A stretch of DNA of 64,000 nt from Raillietiella orientalis (Eukaryota). The notes beneath the pieces are model-generated. The model made no database searches. It was not told where the DNA came from and worked only from the letters and a program-made list of their open reading frames with translations. How positions within the stretch are numbered: position 1 is the first letter of the stretch; every line of letters starts with the position of its first letter. The DNA is taken from NCBI GenBank assembly GCA_036172245.1, contig JAYWIR010000008.1, positions 3,286,001-3,350,000 on the forward strand. The letters are read 5' to 3'. Below, one piece after another: positions 60,364-64,000 of this stretch. The position numbers and the translations under genes were made by a program.

Positions 60364-61747
60364 ATTACTCGTGACGTCGGCGAAGATTTCCCCGAGCCCG
60401 CCGGGGAATCCCTCGAAGACTGGCAGCCCCAATTCTTGCGCCTGTCGAGCTGAGGGAAGCGCAGTCCCATCAGCGGATCCGTGTATTCCCCTCCCCCCCT
60501 CCCACGGTGCCCAAAGAAGAATTCCACTCGCCTGGTCTCGCGTCCGGCGCGAGTCGCTCCGCGCAACACCGGGAATTCCAAGATCATCGATGATATCCCG
60601 TGACCCCGGTTTGTCTGCTTCTCTCCGATCGCGCGATGCTGAGGAAGCGTTCCCACCCACTTCTCACCTACCCTGCATTCCACGCATTCTACAGGGTGAG
60701 AGACTCAAAAATGTCCTGCCTCGAGTCTGGCTTTGGAGCGTGACGTCAATGTGCGCGATCGTCAACATGGCGGCCAACAATGTGATCCAAAATAATACGG
60801 TCGGCGACCAGACCGGTGGAATTCCTCTTTGGACACCACGGGGGGGGGAGGAGGAGAGACCCACGGATTCGCTGATGGGACCTCTCTTCCCTCACCTCGA
60901 CAGGCGCAGGAATTAAGGCTGCCAGTCTTCGAGGGATTCCCCAGTGGGCTCGAAGAAATCTTAGCTGATGTGACGAATTAGCGTTCACGGCACGGAACGC
61001 GTCGCGGCGTTCCCAGTTGGCATGGCAACCGTCCGCTTGAGGGCTGGAGAGGTGTCACGGCCGAGCGAATGTTGAACGTGCTCCGGACCTGCCGAACGGT
61101 CAAGGAGTCCCACTGCTGCAGCAGAGGGACTCCGAGAAGCTCCTATGGTGCGAATGCTGGACAATCCATTGACTGATGAGACCAACCAGTTCGATGCGCT
61201 CGACGATAGTCGTTCCTGCTAGGTGCGAGTAGGTCATTGCCTGTAGGATGGATGGAGTAGACAGGAGATGGGATGTGGGAGGATGAAATGCTCTGGGCAT
61301 TGCCGGAAGTGATGGCCAAGTCATGAATGGGGCAGTGCATCTTTGCCAGGTTCGTGGGATAATCGTAGGCGTTTCGTCACGAGTCATCAACGCTAGGACG
61401 TGGTCGGTAATGGGGTGGGGCTGTTCATGGATCGATAGCCGCCGCTGATCGGAGGAATCTGAGAACCGTAGCGTTGCATAGCAGCTCACGAAGATTCTGG
61501 CGAAAAGGAACGGCGCTGCTGCTATTGCTCGGATCGACCCATGAGCATGATGAGTCACTTAAAACCGGCCCGCCCCCAGCCTTGTGACACTTCGGCTTTG
61601 AGCAGGGCCGCTGTATTTCGGAATTACACTGTTAGCCGCCATGTTGACGATCGCGCACGTTAACGTCACGCTCCAAAGCCAGACTCGAGGCAGGACGTTT
61701 TTGAGTCGCTCAGCCTGTAGAATGTGTGGAATGAAGGGTAGGTGAGA
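60364..61747. repeat. Two interleaved inverted-repeat pairs: A 60364-60538 / A' 60805-60980 and B 60662-60800 / B' 61608-61747
   Basis: A and A' share (reverse-complemented) GGCTGCCAGTCTTCGAGGGATTCCCC. B and B' share GTCCTGCCTCGAGTCTGGCTTTGGAGCGTGACGT and GTGCGCGATCGTCAACATGGCGGC. Confidence 0.9.
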
Positions 61748-62562
61748 GGAAGGTGACAGGGCGAAACTCGAGAGGAACGAGTGCTAGCTTCCAGGTTGCT
61801 TCCTCGAAAGAGAACTGAACAAACACGCGTGTAATAGGCAACTGGTTCCTACGTCCCTCTTGGTGCTCCAGAAGGAGGAAGAGGAAACTGTCGACTGCAG
61901 GCTGCTACGCGGGAAAACGGGGACGGTTAGAGAGAGCGGGTGGGAATAACAAATAAGTAGGAGAAGGAGGAGATATAGGGTTACCAGTAGACTGCACCAC
62001 TTCTCCTACAGCACATCCCTTCTTGCAGGCGGAAACGATTCTGCAGCCTCCCTCAGCGTGGAGTCGATGCGCGCGACCCCCTATCGCTGTCGGAGCAGCT
62101 CTGTCTCAGGCGTTGCGAATCGTAGTGAACCCCTGATGTGACGGCGCAGAGTTGGGGCATCGAGGAGGCAGACGAAAGTCCGTCGCGTGTGCGGCGCCAA
62201 CAGGCAGCACCGCGCCAGGCGTGGTCCACCTGCTCTGAAGAACGCCGCTCCGTATCCGAAAACGGATCCGGCGGAGACAGACGCGTCGGCTCCTTGCAGT
62301 CCGGAAAAAAACGCCTTCGTTGCTCGGCGATGCCGGCCCTTGCTCGCGCTTCTCGGGGGAGAAATCGGGCAGTGCCAGAAAAGCCACGCCTCGCGCTGAC
62401 ATCCGCAGAAGGGTGCGAGGGAGCAGATGCTCCGAAAACCCTGCGAACGGCGAGTGGCGCTCTGCATGCCTCTCTCCAGTAAGGCGGAGCAGTTGGCACG
62501 TCATCACGCAACAGGGAAAATCCAAGGCTGCGCGTCTGGTGGCGCGACTCGTTTCCCGCGAG

Positions 62563-63072
62563 CACCTAATTGGCCCTGCCAGGTGTAGACCGTATTCTCG
62601 TCTCGAAGGCTGAGCCATGATGTCCGAGTCCGCGCCGAAAGAAGGCACCAATGGCTCTCTGAATCGGCTGCTGTTCCTTAGATCGTTGTGCAATCCTTGA
62701 GCTAAGGCACGTTTTCAGCACTTCGTCCTTGAGGGTGGAGGATTATTATTATTATTATTATTAGGACAGGTCTGATGGGTTTTCTCCGAGGACCTAGAAA
62801 CTCTTGGTGACCCTGAATAATTTTGGACTGATCACACAGTCTCATACGGACGACTTTCCTTTCGAGTGTCCACTTTATCACCTGTCGATTGCAGGTCGTG
62901 ATCCTGCCGTGGTTGCTATGGGCAACGGGAAATCGGTGTTCCCAGCTTCCGGAGAGGAAATCTAGGAAACGGCTACCGCATCCCAGGAAGGCGGCAGCAG
63001 GCGCGCAAATTACCCACTCCTGGCGCGGGGAGGCAGTGACTGAAGGCTAACGATACGGGACTCATATGAGTC
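62563..63072 (+). pseudogene. Decayed orphan 18S rRNA fragment (roughly the 5' 500-550 nt)
   Basis: Colinear matches to 18S: CACCTAATTGGCCCTGCCAG (cf. TACCTGGTTGATCCTGCCAG), AATGGCTC...GTTCCTTAGATCG, TTGGTGACCCTGAATAA, TTCCGGAGAGG...AAACGGCTACC.CATCC.AGGAAGGC..CAGCAGGCGCGCAAATTACCCACTCC, TAACGATACGGGACTCAT. Many substitutions and indels at normally invariant sites. Confidence 0.92.
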
Positions 63073-63309
63073 CCCCCCCCCTCCCCTCAATCAGAATGAG
63101 TGCGCTCCAGATCTGCTGCGGCTTGAAATCGGGGCGAGCGAATTGTTCCCGCCGGGAGAATCCCAGGCCGATCCGCGCGGAGATAGCTGGCGCGTCCTTC
63201 GGTGCTCTTCGTTGAATGTCGGCTGATGGGCGGTACGCTGGCTTGGAAAAATGGGAGTGCTCGATACAGGCAATGGCGCCAGGAAGAATAGATCGAAAAA
63301 CGCGCTGCT

Positions 63310-63705
63310 CCCCCCGGGAAGAGGCCCTTCGGAGAAATCGGGAAGTGTCCCTTTGGAGTCCTCTTCGGAGGAGTCGTGAAAAGCGGTTCCTTTCCGGGGA
63401 GTCCCTCCGGAGAGAACAGGGCAAGGGTTCCCTTCGGAGTTGCCTCCCAAGAGTAAGGGAGGAAAGGACTCCTCCCTCCGGAGCGCTTCTTGGATTCATA
63501 GGGTGGTTCCTCTGGAGTTACCCTCCCCTATCTTGAAGAGTTATACGCTCCTTTGGGTGGCGTGGACGGCGTCAAAGATCTTCCTAAGCTCCCCTTAAAA
63601 GAAAGGGGGGGGGGGCAAACGGTTCTTCATCACTCCTTGACAACCAAAAAGAAAAAAAAAATGGAAGGAAAGCAGAGAAACAGAAGAACTCAAAGAGTAT
63701 TTCCA
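63310..63705 (-). repeat. Dispersed repeat family, copy 3 (see 46430-46920)
   Basis: TGGATTCATAGGGTGGT...TTGAAGAGTT...GTCAAAGATCTTC...AACGGTTCTTCATCACT is shared with copy 1. Confidence 0.8.
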
Positions 63706-64000
63706 TCCTCCTTGACCAATAGTAACGATCCCTTGGTGAGGTCGCTAGTGGCCTTTTACACCTGGTCACGTATGACCGCAGCAATGTTGCGTTCTTGCAC
63801 ACCATGCATCGCGTGAGTACTTGCACGATCTCGAACCGGAGCCAGTCATTCCGCTTCAGCGCCGCTGCCCAGCTGGCATCGAGAAAGGGGGGAAGGGAAG
63901 AGGAGGAGCACCTGACTGTGCTCATCGAGAGGTCCCCACGGTATCCCTTTTCCCGGAAAGAATCCATCTTTCCTCTGTTCCGTCTTGCGTTTGCTAGGAA

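Noticed and set aside
62563..63072. Functional rRNA gene
   Set aside because: Truncated, mutated at universally conserved positions, with no ITS/5.8S/28S following.
59730..63705. CRISPR-like array from recurring TCCCTT(C/T)GG units
   Set aside because: Units are short, degenerate and irregularly spaced, in a eukaryotic context with no cas genes; they are subrepeats of a dispersed element.

Overview
Eukaryotic nuclear DNA, most likely from an arthropod, GC-rich, with ~50-100 nt minimal introns and larger introns filled with decayed repeats. Almost all ORFs in the track are spurious; the real genes are spliced. Four + strand genes were reconstructed by hand with phase-consistent splice sites: (1) the last 5 exons of an IA-2/PTPRN-type receptor pseudophosphatase (1-7353); (2) a 3-exon secreted coiled-coil protein of 572 aa (14627-18962); (3) a complete 10-exon ankyrin-patatin phospholipase iPLA2-VIA/PLA2G6 of 800 aa (24063-33222); (4) a partial extracellular mosaic gene with a Cys-rich module and an F-type-lectin domain (47085-56400). 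The rest holds many decayed L1/Tx1-like non-LTR fragments, a mariner-derived MITE with TA target duplication, a TIR element carrying an intron-bearing gene remnant, a mitochondrial insertion (nad1/rrnL), a decayed 18S rRNA 5' fragment and an AT-rich palindrome island. The most striking observation is in PLA2G6 intron 2: about 1 kb (25419-26439) of decayed H2A-, H2B-, H3- and H4-like sequence abutting head-to-tail on one strand, with no room for promoters or N-terminal tails. It looks like the fossil of a single-chain four-histone fusion, or of a concatenated histone retrocopy. All similarities were judged by eye from remembered family motifs; no database search was run.
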